From a virus (Duplodnaviria; Caudoviricetes), in IMG/VR virus record IMGVR_UViG_3300032173_000009, positions 1 through 52,270 of that record: a DNA stretch of 52,270 nucleotides. One strand, 5' to 3'. The notes under the pieces were generated by a model. That model made no database searches. It was not told the origin of the DNA and saw only the letters and a program-made list of their open reading frames with translations. Of the stretch, positions 17,713-26,355 are shown in pieces (the first letter of the stretch is position 1; each line of letters opens with the position of its first letter). The translations under genes and the position numbers were made by a program.

Positions 17713-18242
17713 AGCAAGCATTGGTGGGCGCTAGGATCATGGTTGACGTGGGCGCTCCTCCTGACCGAGTACGGCAGCAGTATAGCTTGTCACCTCGTCA
17801 GATGGCTGGCCTCCTCGCGTCGATGCCACGCAGTGACGCCTCACCGGCAGACCTGGCTCGCTGGCGACAGGAGCTAGGCTTCTCCCAGCAGGACCTTGCG
17901 GTAGAGTTGGGAGTAGGTCTTATGACGGTCTCCCGCTGGGAGCGGGGCCTAACTAGGCCACCAGCTTGGGCTGTTGGCAGGATCCTGGCTATGCGAGGAG
18001 TGCAGAATGAGTCTGACGAGATGGAAATCGGATCGGTAGTTAGGGTTGTTCGCTCGCCCTATTTCCAAGGCAAGCGAAGCGACGTGGGCTACGTTGTGGC
18101 GCGGATAAGGCAGAAGACGCCGCGCGAAATCCTTGTAGTTCAGTTCAAGGATGGGAAGACGTGGGAGTTTTATCCGAGCGAACTGGCCGTGCTCGGCGAG
18201 CAGAATGTGCCCGCTGAAGGCAGGCAGGAGGAGGAGGAGTGA
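17709..18242 (+). CDS. XRE-family HTH regulator with C-terminal SH3-like domain
   Basis: LARWRQELGFSQQDLAVELGVGLMTVSRWERG. Confidence 0.8.
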   Translation: MKQALVGARIMVDVGAPPDRVRQQYSLSPRQMAGLLASMPRSDASPADLARWRQELGFSQQDLAVELGVGLMTVSRWERGLTRPPAWAVGRILAMRGVQNESDEMEIGSVVRVVRSPYFQGKRSDVGYVVARIRQKTPREILVVQFKDGKTWEFYPSELAVLGEQNVPAEGRQEEEE

Positions 18243-18243
18243 T

Positions 18244-18393
18244 GTGGAGTGGCAGGGGGTCCACGTGCAGCTGGTGCGCCATCTCGTCTGCTCTCATTGT
18301 GGCCGTGACTGGGAGGCGGACAGGGGTCATCCGGAGACCTGTGCCTACTGCGGGGAGATCGATGAGAAGGTTGTTGATCCAACTGGTGTTTAA
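18244..18393 (+). CDS. small zinc-ribbon protein
   Basis: GTG after GAGGAGGAG; CSHC...CAYC. Confidence 0.6.
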   Translation: MEWQGVHVQLVRHLVCSHCGRDWEADRGHPETCAYCGEIDEKVVDPTGV

Positions 18394-18561
18394 TGGCCCA
18401 AGACTGCCAGGGCCTATAACACCGTGGCTTGTAGGTCTGGCGCTATGGCGCAAACCACATCGTCAGACGCCCGCTGAGGGCGGGCGGAAGGAGGTCCCGA
18501 TGGGCGGAATTAGCAGGACTGAGAGCCGCTGAGGTGGCTAGGCCCAGGTCTGGCTCAAGGC

Positions 18562-19458
18562 GTGATCCTGTTCATACTGGCGACCAGCCTGGGCATTGTA
18601 TTGACGAAAGGAATTGCCTATGACGGTTTACATTCTGGCAAGCCTAGTCGGAGCGAGTACGGCCTGGCTGATAGCGAAAGCCTGGCAGCGGTTGAGGAAC
18701 GGTTGCAGCCCACGGAACCCATACCCAAAGTTCAAAAGGAGGTAGGCGATGGATTCTTTTACCAGGGAAGGGCTAACTGTGCTGATCAAGGATATTTACC
18801 GGAGGGTGTACCGGTTACTGGACCAGCTGGACTCTCTTGCGCCGTCCTCGGCAGGCGAGGAGATGGAATCGAGCCCATTAGAGGTACGGCTGTACAACTT
18901 GGAGCACCAGATCGAGGACTTATACAATCGGATGGGCAACCTGGAGCTCAGGGTGACGGCATTGGAGGCTGGTCCGCAATCGCGACCCACTATGGCAGCG
19001 CCTATGAGGGACAGTTACTCGGATGCGGTGCCATGCGTGTACCCAGCGCCCTGCGACTGCCCGAGATGTATCAGCTTGGGCAGGGAAGTGCCACCGATCT
19101 CTGTCCCGGTGCCGGACTCGCGGCCGGAGTCTACCGAAGCTGTGACCCTCTCATCGTCGCCGTCGGGCCAGCCCACTACGCCGACGTTCCATGTGGAACC
19201 GAGGTGCGGGTGTGTGCCCGTGGACGATCCCCATCAACCGAACATTCATCCGCACGTAATCCCGACAATAGTGCCGTTCGGCTTCGAGATTCACTGCCCG
19301 TTCAACTGCGGTGCGTTGTGGGCTATCGTGCAGATAGCTGCCCCGGCTGCTCCAGCCAGCCCCTCGGAGAGTACATCGACCTAAGTGAGGCTGGGCTGTA
19401 CTACCTGTGCGGGGGCGAATGCTCGGTGCTGGAGGCGACGGTGGAGGTGCTGCCTTGA
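18562..19458 (+). CDS. secreted/membrane protein with RlpA/expansin-like double-psi beta-barrel domain
   Basis: Hydrophobic N-terminus; ATHYG...GCG...IVAV...PCGTEVRV...DSCPGC...IDLSEAG. Confidence 0.65.
   Translation: MILFILATSLGIVLTKGIAYDGLHSGKPSRSEYGLADSESLAAVEERLQPTEPIPKVQKEVGDGFFYQGRANCADQGYLPEGVPVTGPAGLSCAVLGRRGDGIEPIRGTAVQLGAPDRGLIQSDGQPGAQGDGIGGWSAIATHYGSAYEGQLLGCGAMRVPSALRLPEMYQLGQGSATDLCPGAGLAAGVYRSCDPLIVAVGPAHYADVPCGTEVRVCARGRSPSTEHSSARNPDNSAVRLRDSLPVQLRCVVGYRADSCPGCSSQPLGEYIDLSEAGLYYLCGGECSVLEATVEVLP
18620..18745 (+). CDS. small membrane peptide (41 aa), nested in +1 frame
   Basis: GAAAGGA SD; MTVYILASLVGASTAWLIAKAWQRLRNG... with basic tail. Confidence 0.4.
   Translation: MTVYILASLVGASTAWLIAKAWQRLRNGCSPRNPYPKFKRR
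18749..19384 (+). CDS. coiled-coil and Cys-rich protein, nested in +1 frame
   Basis: AAGGAGGT SD; heptad LEVRLYNLEHQIEDLYNRMGNLELRVTALE; CDCPRC and CPFNCG. Confidence 0.55.
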   Translation: MDSFTREGLTVLIKDIYRRVYRLLDQLDSLAPSSAGEEMESSPLEVRLYNLEHQIEDLYNRMGNLELRVTALEAGPQSRPTMAAPMRDSYSDAVPCVYPAPCDCPRCISLGREVPPISVPVPDSRPESTEAVTLSSSPSGQPTTPTFHVEPRCGCVPVDDPHQPNIHPHVIPTIVPFGFEIHCPFNCGALWAIVQIAAPAAPASPSESTST

Positions 19459-19518
19459 GCTGGGGCGAGCCGTGACCAACAATTTTTAAAAACTTTTTGA
19501 AAATTCCTCGAAAACCAC

Positions 19519-19547
19519 TTGACAAGTGTTTAATCACCCCTTATTAT
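19519..19547 (+). promoter_or_regulatory. strong sigma70-type promoter with inverted operator and AT-rich upstream element
   Basis: TTGACA-17 bp-TATTAT; TGTTTAATCA at 19527-19536; A/T tracts upstream. Confidence 0.8.
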
Positions 19548-19567
19548 GAATGTAGGAGGTGACCGAA

Positions 19568-19765
19568 ATGGAGACAGCAACGGGCAGCAAGTGCGAGGCA
19601 AGCCACGAGTATAACGGCTGGCGGGGCCTGGGTCGCTGGACTGTCTACCAAATAGGGGAGCGGCGCTATACGGTCTGCGCCCACCAGGAGGAGCATGGTT
19701 ATTGCGGGGCACTCATCGACGTGACCGATCTGCCGCAAGTGGTCATCTGCTGCGGCCAACACTAA
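19568..19765 (+). CDS. small Cys/His-rich hypothetical protein
   Basis: AGGAGGT SD then ATG 19568. Confidence 0.65.
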   Translation: METATGSKCEASHEYNGWRGLGRWTVYQIGERRYTVCAHQEEHGYCGALIDVTDLPQVVICCGQH

Positions 19766-19810
19766 TGACGAGTCCCAGCGAGGACGAAACCCGAAAGAAG
19801 GAGGAGGACA

Positions 19811-19972
19811 ATGGAGACGACCAGTGAGCTGAATGCGCAGCAGATAAGCAGGATCAACAAGCTGCTGGCCCGGATCGCCCGGCTAGAGAAGCTTGGAGAT
19901 GACAAGACCGCTGCTCAGTGGCAGCAGCTTGACGACGCCAGGGTACAACTGAGAGTCGTGCGCGGGTACTAG
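19811..19972 (+). CDS. small helical hypothetical protein (53 aa)
   Basis: GGAGGAGG SD; METTSELNAQQISRINKLLARIARLE... Confidence 0.65.
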   Translation: METTSELNAQQISRINKLLARIARLEKLGDDKTAAQWQQLDDARVQLRVVRGY

Positions 19973-19976
19973 GAAG

Positions 19977-20039
19977 GTCGAAACGAGCCTTCGGGCTCGT
20001 CCAGCGAGAATGGCTGCTCGCTGCTGATGAGACAGGCCA
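19977..20039 (+). ncRNA. type II hammerhead ribozyme
   Basis: GTC-GAAA, stem III CGAGCC-TTCG-GGCTCG, TC cleavage site (after 20001), stem I CAGCGAG-AATGGCTG-CTCGCTG, CTGATGA, GAC; loop I TGGCT can pair with 3' GGCCA. Confidence 0.9.
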
Positions 20040-20063
20040 CAAGGAAGAAGGAGGAGCCAGGAA

Positions 20064-20372
20064 ATGAAGCGGGAAGAGTTGAAGGATGTGTCTAAGGTTG
20101 AGCGAGACCTAGCAAGCTTCCGTGAGTGGAGGCTCAAGGCCGATGCTCAGCAGGTCGCGGACCGGTTGGTGAAAGACGCCGAGTCGTTGGCACAGCACCT
20201 GCTGCAAGTAGCAGAGACTGTCAGGCGTGGCAGGATGCCGAACGGGTTGGGTGAGGTTCAGAGCATGGGCAGCCGCATCGATGTGCTCTGTGCTCAGCTC
20301 GTCCAGGCGCGGGAGACCCTTATTGAGTTCGACGCTGTGACAGAGGGCAAGTACATTCTAGAGGAGTCCTAG
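20064..20372 (+). CDS. hypothetical protein
   Basis: AAGGAGGAG SD, helical 102-aa ORF. Confidence 0.7.
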   Translation: MKREELKDVSKVERDLASFREWRLKADAQQVADRLVKDAESLAQHLLQVAETVRRGRMPNGLGEVQSMGSRIDVLCAQLVQARETLIEFDAVTEGKYILEES

Positions 20373-20394
20373 GCAGCAAGAAGGAGGAAGCTTT

Positions 20395-21060
20395 ATGAGG
20401 AGAGAAAGGTATTGGGTCTGCTGGACGTGCAAGCAGATCTGGCATCGGCACAAGGGTGAGCCTAGGAAGTCTTGCCACAAGTGCCACGAGCCTATGGTGG
20501 CGGCCCGCAAGTACCCAATGGCCCTCCGGAAGCAGGTCCAGCGTGAGCGGGAGAGGCAAAGCAAAGAGCGAGCACGGCTGGAGAAGAAGCACAGCGTCTG
20601 CCGGACGGCCTTTGGGAGTCGGCTGGTAGTCTCCAAAGAGACCAAGGCTGCCTGGAAGGCGTTGGTGCAGGCCAAGCAGCACCGGTCGTTTCTCAAGAGG
20701 GCCAACGCCTTCGTAGAGGCTCTGCGGGAGGACATCTGGTCCTGCCCCCACTACCACGGCCGCACCGCAGAGCCTCGGGACTGCAAGTGCTCCGGCGGTG
20801 GTGTGGTCGAAGCCCCAGTAGTCGTGCTCACGGAGGGAGGGTCGCATATCCTTGGCACCTACAATAGGACAATCATGCGAGGCAAGTACATCGAGATCGC
20901 CTGGGGCCAGGGGGACCGCCTAGCGACGCTGATCCACGAGTGTGTCCACTACATCGACGACATGAGCAAAGCCGAGGGTGTCAAAGGTTGTGGCAGCCAC
21001 ACGAGGTCGTTCCTGGCCAGGGAGAAAGACCTGAGCCACCAGTTGCGGTACAGGCTGTAG
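20395..21060 (+). CDS. zinc-finger plus SprT-like HExxH metalloprotease-domain protein
   Basis: CWTC...CHKC; TLIHECVH...HTRSF. Confidence 0.7.
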   Translation: MRRERYWVCWTCKQIWHRHKGEPRKSCHKCHEPMVAARKYPMALRKQVQRERERQSKERARLEKKHSVCRTAFGSRLVVSKETKAAWKALVQAKQHRSFLKRANAFVEALREDIWSCPHYHGRTAEPRDCKCSGGGVVEAPVVVLTEGGSHILGTYNRTIMRGKYIEIAWGQGDRLATLIHECVHYIDDMSKAEGVKGCGSHTRSFLAREKDLSHQLRYRL

Positions 21061-21078
21061 AGGGGAGGAGATGACCTA

Positions 21079-21168
21079 GTGCGCTGGGATACGGTCCTGA
21101 TTATCCTGATCCTGGGCTACTTCGCAGCCATGATCCTGGACGCTTTCGTCGAGGGGAGGCTACCTTAG
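21079..21168 (+). CDS. 29-aa single-TM peptide
   Basis: GGAGGAG SD; MRWDTVLIILILGYFAAMILDAFVEGRLP. Confidence 0.45.
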   Translation: MRWDTVLIILILGYFAAMILDAFVEGRLP

Positions 21169-21204
21169 AGCCCAGTGACCCGGTATTGCGGCAGCAAGCC
21201 CAAC

Positions 21205-21233
21205 TTGACAGGGCTAGTTTTTTGCTATATGTT
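21205..21233 (+). promoter_or_regulatory. candidate promoter of the structural operon
   Basis: TTGACA-17 bp-TATGTT upstream of the first structural gene. Confidence 0.5.
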
Positions 21234-21251
21234 GCTGTACGAGGATGGCAA

Positions 21252-21755
21252 GTGCCTGAGACCCTGTCGGTGAAGCTTGAAGGCATCCCTGACCTCTTGA
21301 AGCGTCTGGACGTAGCGAAGTATAAGCGCGAGATCGCACGGGGACTCCTCAGAGGTGGCACCCACCTCGAAGCAGCCATCAAGCGGCGCACTCCCGTCGT
21401 TACTGGTCGCCTCCGCTCCTCCTGGACCACCAGGGCCTCCGCTAGTGGGCTGACAGTCACTGTTGGCACCAACGTCGTCTATGCTCCGATGGTGGAGTAT
21501 GGCACCAAGGCCCACGACATCTACCCCAAGGTCAAGCAGGCTCTAGCCTGGCCCATTGCCGGGAAGTCTGCTGCTGGCCTGGGACGTGGACCTCAGGGTA
21601 CGCTAAAGGGTCAAGGCGCTCTCATCGTCAGGAAGTATGTCCATCACCCAGGTACCAAGGGGCGGCATATGGCTGAGCGGGCTATTCAGGAAGAAAGCTC
21701 AACTGTCGTGGGAATGATTAGGGAGAGACTGGAGGCACTCCTTGCCGGACGGTGA
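21252..21755 (+). CDS. HK97 gp10-like neck/tail completion protein
   Basis: TPVVTGRLRSSW, VGTNVVYAPMVEYGT, VHHPGTKG; GTG 21252 after GAGGA. Confidence 0.82.
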   Translation: MPETLSVKLEGIPDLLKRLDVAKYKREIARGLLRGGTHLEAAIKRRTPVVTGRLRSSWTTRASASGLTVTVGTNVVYAPMVEYGTKAHDIYPKVKQALAWPIAGKSAAGLGRGPQGTLKGQGALIVRKYVHHPGTKGRHMAERAIQEESSTVVGMIRERLEALLAGR

Positions 21756-22251
21756 CGGGCACTCGCCCTATCTGCCTCGACCGCCAGTGGCCTCGAAAGT
21801 CATCAAGCAGAGGTTGACTAGGCAGCACATTACCGCCCTCCTAATGATGGCCGACGGTAGGCCTGACGCTGAGGTGGCGGCCGCAACTGGCTTTACCACG
21901 ACTACCATCACTACCTTCCGCCGGCGGCCAGACGTCCAGGAGTTCCTGTGGCAGATGGGGCAGTTCTACTTGGCTGCTGGCGAGTATGACCTCAAGCGGG
22001 GCTTGAAGTCAGTTATTGAGTCCTTCCGGAAGGTGGCCACTGGCGAGGCCCGCCCACTCGAGGGACAGGTAGCTGCTATCCTCCACTACCTCAACCGAGC
22101 GGGGCTCCTAGACAAGAGCCACGAAGGTGAGGCACCAAGCAGGCCCGCAGTCTTCGTCGATGCCCGTAGTGTACAGGTGACGGATGCCGAGCTCGACGTC
22201 CTCCGGGACATTCTCATTAGCTCAGAGAAGGCTCTTCCGAGGGGCAGCTAG
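21742..22251 (+). CDS. terminase small subunit (putative)
   Basis: N-terminal HTH-like segment; immediately upstream of the large subunit. Confidence 0.6.
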   Translation: MPDGDGHSPYLPRPPVASKVIKQRLTRQHITALLMMADGRPDAEVAAATGFTTTTITTFRRRPDVQEFLWQMGQFYLAAGEYDLKRGLKSVIESFRKVATGEARPLEGQVAAILHYLNRAGLLDKSHEGEAPSRPAVFVDARSVQVTDAELDVLRDILISSEKALPRGS

Positions 22252-23812
22252 GATAGGTACGGACCTGTTCCAGCTTGAGTACCGAGGCATCCGCCCCTAT
22301 GCCTGTCAGTCCCGGTGGGCGAAGCGATTGGACAACCCCAACATCCTCTACCAAGCCGACTTTGAGCCCCGCGACCATGGCAAGACTGAGCTCTTCTGCA
22401 TCTCCTACCCCCTGAGGCGCATCTGCGAGGACCCTAACGTCCGCATCCTCATCGTCCAGAAGACGGCCTCTGAAGCTGAGAAGACCGTGGGCGTTATCAG
22501 GACGGAGATCGAGTCCAACTTAGATATGCGGGCCTGGTACCGCCAGCACTGGCTAGCTACCGTGGGCTACGACGACATCTGCAACTCGAGTGGCTACTAT
22601 GAGGGGCAGAGCGCCTGGCGGTCAGACTTGTTCTACTGCAAGCGTACCCGGGTGGGCAAGGACCCGACGGTCGAAGGCGTTGGTGTGCTAGGCGCTATCA
22701 CGGGAGGTCACTACGACGTCATCATCTTGGACGACATCGAAGACGACGAGAATACTAGGACGGAGGCGCGCCGGCAGCACATTATCGACTGGTTCACTGG
22801 CACCATCCTCCAGCTGCGGGAGCCTCATACCAAGGTCATCGTCGTGGGTACGTTCAAGTGCGCTTCGGGCGACCTTTACGAGTACGTCCGCAGCAACCCA
22901 CTCTTCTCAACGAACATCGAGTCAGCTATCGTCTCTCCAGCGCTGGAAGACATTAGTTTTGAACCTGTCTATAACGAGGACGGCCTCGTCGTTGATGTCA
23001 AGAACGTCCAACCTGAGGTTGAGGTGCTGTGCCCTAAGAAGTGGAGCATAGAGCAGCTCATCATGGACTACCTGGTGTCGGGCTCAGTGATGTTCCGCCG
23101 TGAGAAGATGAATGACATTGGCGCTTTCAAGGAGGCCATCTTCCGGCGCAACTGGCTCCAGTTCTACGACTACTTGCCGGAGGTGAACTACAAGGTACAG
23201 GTCTGGGACACAGCGGCCAAAGAGGGTGAGCAGCACAGCTACTCAGTAGGTGCTACCTGGGGGCTGGGCAGGCGTGGCCTCTACGTTATCGACGTCTGGC
23301 GTCAGCAGGTTGAGTATACTGACCTCAGGGCTGCTGTCATTGGTCAGTTCAACCTCCACAAGCCAGACTTGATACTCGTGGAGGATGCCTCCTCAGGACA
23401 GGTCTTGGTGCAAGAGCTGAGGCGGGGCACTAACCTGCCCATTGTGCCCGTGCAGACTAAGGGCAGAGACAAGCTAGCCAGGGCGCAGGTCGTGACACCA
23501 CTCATGGAGTCGGGGCTCATCTACCTTCCCCAAGGAGCAGCCTGGGTCGAAGCTTGGATACTGGAGCATGTGGACTTTCCCAATGGTGCCCACGATGACC
23601 AAGTTGACACGACCAGCATGGCTGTCGCACACCTGAAGCCAATGCTTGGCGAGGGAGTGGCTAGGGGGGTGGGGCTGCCGGAGCAGGTGATGCAGCCGAG
23701 CCGGTTGGCTGCATTAGGCCCGTCGTCAGTTAGGGCGACTAGGAGCGTTGTAGCAGGGTTGAGGACTGGCCCTACTTGGGAGGGTGACGATGGTTCTAGA
23801 GACAGATTCTAA
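22184..23812 (+). CDS. terminase large subunit
   Basis: PRDHGKT Walker A, ITGGHYDVIILDD Walker B, WDTA, VEDASSG, DKLARA, FPNGAHDDQVD; start uncertain. Confidence 0.93.
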   Translation: MPSSTSSGTFSLAQRRLFRGAARIGTDLFQLEYRGIRPYACQSRWAKRLDNPNILYQADFEPRDHGKTELFCISYPLRRICEDPNVRILIVQKTASEAEKTVGVIRTEIESNLDMRAWYRQHWLATVGYDDICNSSGYYEGQSAWRSDLFYCKRTRVGKDPTVEGVGVLGAITGGHYDVIILDDIEDDENTRTEARRQHIIDWFTGTILQLREPHTKVIVVGTFKCASGDLYEYVRSNPLFSTNIESAIVSPALEDISFEPVYNEDGLVVDVKNVQPEVEVLCPKKWSIEQLIMDYLVSGSVMFRREKMNDIGAFKEAIFRRNWLQFYDYLPEVNYKVQVWDTAAKEGEQHSYSVGATWGLGRRGLYVIDVWRQQVEYTDLRAAVIGQFNLHKPDLILVEDASSGQVLVQELRRGTNLPIVPVQTKGRDKLARAQVVTPLMESGLIYLPQGAAWVEAWILEHVDFPNGAHDDQVDTTSMAVAHLKPMLGEGVARGVGLPEQVMQPSRLAALGPSSVRATRSVVAGLRTGPTWEGDDGSRDRF

Positions 23813-25208
23813 GCGAGCTGCCGAAGGTCTCAGGCAGTCCTCCGCTGAGCTGGGCAGCTCGGGCCTTAGGCGCTTCGGTGGACAGATACAGGAGGAGTAT
23901 GAGCCTCAACTGAGGGGAGAGCGCGGTGTTCGAGTCTTCGATGAGATGCGGCGCGTTGACCCTGACGTGGGGGCTATCCTTACCGCTATCACCATGGTCA
24001 TCCTGTCGGCTACCTGGAACGTTCGACCTGGGGGAGAGACACCACAGGACGAGGAGGCAGCTCAGTTCCTTAAGAGCTGCATGGGTGACATGAGCCACTC
24101 CTGGTCTGACTTCATCACTGAGGTCTGCACCATGTTCCCCTTTGGCTGGGCCTACTTCGAGGTCATCTTCAAACAGCGCCTCGGCCCAGACAAAGACCCG
24201 CCCAGCATCTACGACGACGGCCGTATTGGCTGGCGGAAGATCGCCCTCAGAGGTCAGCAGTCCCTCTACCGCTGGGACTTAGACGAGAACGGAGGTATCA
24301 GGGGGATGGTGCAGCGGGCACCTCCTGACTTCCAGGAGCGAGTCATCCCCATAGAGAAGGCAGTGCTCTTCCGCACGAGGCGTGAGAAGAACAACCCAGA
24401 GGGCTACTCCATTCTCCGCAACGCCTACCGTTCCTACTACATTAGGAAGAACCTCGAAGAGATCGAAGTCATCGGCGCTGAGCGCGACCTCACTGGCACG
24501 CTCGTCTTGTATGAGCCTGCTGGTGCTTCTCAGGACGACCACGAGGCGGCTCTAGACATCCTCAGGAAGTATAAGCAGGACGACCAGGCAGGCTTGTTGC
24601 TCAAGCGGCTAGGTGCTACTCCAGAGATGCAGTGGGAGGCCAAGCTTCTCCAGGCAGCCGGTGCCGGCAAGGTAGACATGGACAAGGCCATCCAGCGCTA
24701 CTCTATCAATATCGCTCGCTCCGTCCTGGCTCAGTTCTTGACGCTTGGCCAAGGGCGTGTGGGTTCTTGGGCGCTCTCCAGGGACCAGAAGGACCTCTTC
24801 CACCTAGCTGTCAAGGGCCACATGGACACCATCGAGGACACCGTCAACCGCTTCCTCGTGCGCAAGCTGTTCTCGCTCAACGACTTCGGCCAACTGACTG
24901 AGCTGCCACGGATAGAACACTCCGACATTGGTGACGTTGACCTCAAGACGCTGGGCAGCTACATCCTGGCTCTCAGTCAGGCTGGCGTCATGGTCACAGA
25001 CAAGGATGCTACTGACTGGCTCAGGGACAAAGCAGGGCTGCCGGAGCTCCCAGAGGAGGCTATACCACCAGAGGAAGCACCACCAAAGACTCCGCCAGCA
25101 CCTGTGCCTGGGGAGACACCTCCTTCTGGGGCTGTTGAAAGGAGCGATGGGTGGACCGCGCAGCAGTGGGCACAGTGGTACTTGTCCGGGTCAGACGAGC
25201 TGGAGTAG
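23784..25208 (+). CDS. portal protein (DUF935/Mu gp29-like)
   Basis: ELGSSGL, NNPEGYSILRNAYR, LAQFLTLG..GSWALS; follows terminase. Confidence 0.88.
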   Translation: MTMVLETDSKRAAEGLRQSSAELGSSGLRRFGGQIQEEYEPQLRGERGVRVFDEMRRVDPDVGAILTAITMVILSATWNVRPGGETPQDEEAAQFLKSCMGDMSHSWSDFITEVCTMFPFGWAYFEVIFKQRLGPDKDPPSIYDDGRIGWRKIALRGQQSLYRWDLDENGGIRGMVQRAPPDFQERVIPIEKAVLFRTRREKNNPEGYSILRNAYRSYYIRKNLEEIEVIGAERDLTGTLVLYEPAGASQDDHEAALDILRKYKQDDQAGLLLKRLGATPEMQWEAKLLQAAGAGKVDMDKAIQRYSINIARSVLAQFLTLGQGRVGSWALSRDQKDLFHLAVKGHMDTIEDTVNRFLVRKLFSLNDFGQLTELPRIEHSDIGDVDLKTLGSYILALSQAGVMVTDKDATDWLRDKAGLPELPEEAIPPEEAPPKTPPAPVPGETPPSGAVERSDGWTAQQWAQWYLSGSDELE

Positions 25209-25375
25209 GAGACTGTCCGAAGTGTGGTGGGCAGCTATTCCCTAGCGACTTCGCAGGAGAGGCTGCCTCGTGTTTGCAGTGTGGACTTATCCGCTGGAGG
25301 TCTGAGCCAATGGGCTTGAGCAAAGAGGTAAAGCGCAAGAGTAAGGTCTACGACTGTTGGAGAAAGGAGTCATAG
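25151..25375 (+). CDS. small zinc-ribbon protein (start uncertain)
   Basis: CPKCGG...CLQCG. Confidence 0.45.
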   Translation: MDRAAVGTVVLVRVRRAGVGDCPKCGGQLFPSDFAGEAASCLQCGLIRWRSEPMGLSKEVKRKSKVYDCWRKES

Positions 25376-25575
25376 TGATGAAGCAAGAGGTAGTGGAGTA
25401 CAAAGGTCAGCGGGCGCTCAATAAGGGCATGGCACGGCGAAAAAAGGCCGGCTGGCGGGTCACTGGTGTCTCCGAAGTCAAGCAGCCAGTAGGGCTGGCA
25501 AGGATTGCTACCATAGGCATCGGTGCCCTTTTTATCAAGCCGAAGCCTCATTTCTACGTCACGTATGAGAGGTAA
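25357..25575 (+). CDS. small hypothetical protein
   Basis: AAAGGAG SD suggests a start near 25375-25378; GWRVTGV pattern. Confidence 0.55.
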   Translation: MEKGVIVMKQEVVEYKGQRALNKGMARRKKAGWRVTGVSEVKQPVGLARIATIGIGALFIKPKPHFYVTYER

Positions 25576-26355
25576 ATGGCTGAGCCCTGGCACCCGAACG
25601 TAACAGCCCGACCACGAGTCTTGGCCAAACTCAAGGCTGCGGAGCGCTCCCTCCAGCGGGCAATCTCAGCATACTTCGCTCACCAGCGGGCTTGGGTCAA
25701 ACAGGTGTGGCCAGCCATGCTGCCAGCAGACCAGGTACCACCAGACGCCATCACCGACCTGGGCCGGCAGCTTGAGGAGCATAGCCAGGCCTTAGCTCAG
25801 GTGATGGCCAAAGGTAGGAAGGCAGCACTCCTGCTGGGAGGAGAGACAGCCAAGAGGGAGCTGGCAGCCAAGCGAGCCAGTGAGTTCGCTGACCCTGAGC
25901 TTGGGGTGGACTGGTCCCTCGACTCGCCGGAGGCGCAGGAGTTCATCGACCAATACGGCCTCGACTTGGCTAGGGGGCTCAACCGCACTACCGTGACCAA
26001 TGTTCGTGGGGCATTGGTTGGTGGACTCAAAGAGGGACTGGCCAGGGACGACCTGGCTACGCTAGTCTCCGATGCTGCTGGTGGTATGCCTGAGTGGCGA
26101 GCAGGGCTCATCGCCCAGACAGAGACTATCAGGGCCTATACCCAAGGCAGCTTGCAAGTCTACGACCGGGCAGGCGTGGAGGCTAAGCAGTGGCTCGATG
26201 GGCAGGCAGGTGCTTGTGACGAGTGCGAGGCACTTGACGGAGAAGTGGTGCCTCTGGGCGAGACCTTCTCCTCGGGTGACGACGGTCCACCCCTACACCC
26301 AGGCTGCCGCTGCACTGTGGCAGCGGCTGAGGCCGGGGAGGGAGGAGTGAAGTGA
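25576..26355 (+). CDS. Mu gpF/SPP1 gp7-like minor head protein
   Basis: RAGLIAQTETIRAY, KQW, CDECEALDG, PPLHPGCRC. Confidence 0.9.
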   Translation: MAEPWHPNVTARPRVLAKLKAAERSLQRAISAYFAHQRAWVKQVWPAMLPADQVPPDAITDLGRQLEEHSQALAQVMAKGRKAALLLGGETAKRELAAKRASEFADPELGVDWSLDSPEAQEFIDQYGLDLARGLNRTTVTNVRGALVGGLKEGLARDDLATLVSDAAGGMPEWRAGLIAQTETIRAYTQGSLQVYDRAGVEAKQWLDGQAGACDECEALDGEVVPLGETFSSGDDGPPLHPGCRCTVAAAEAGEGGVK

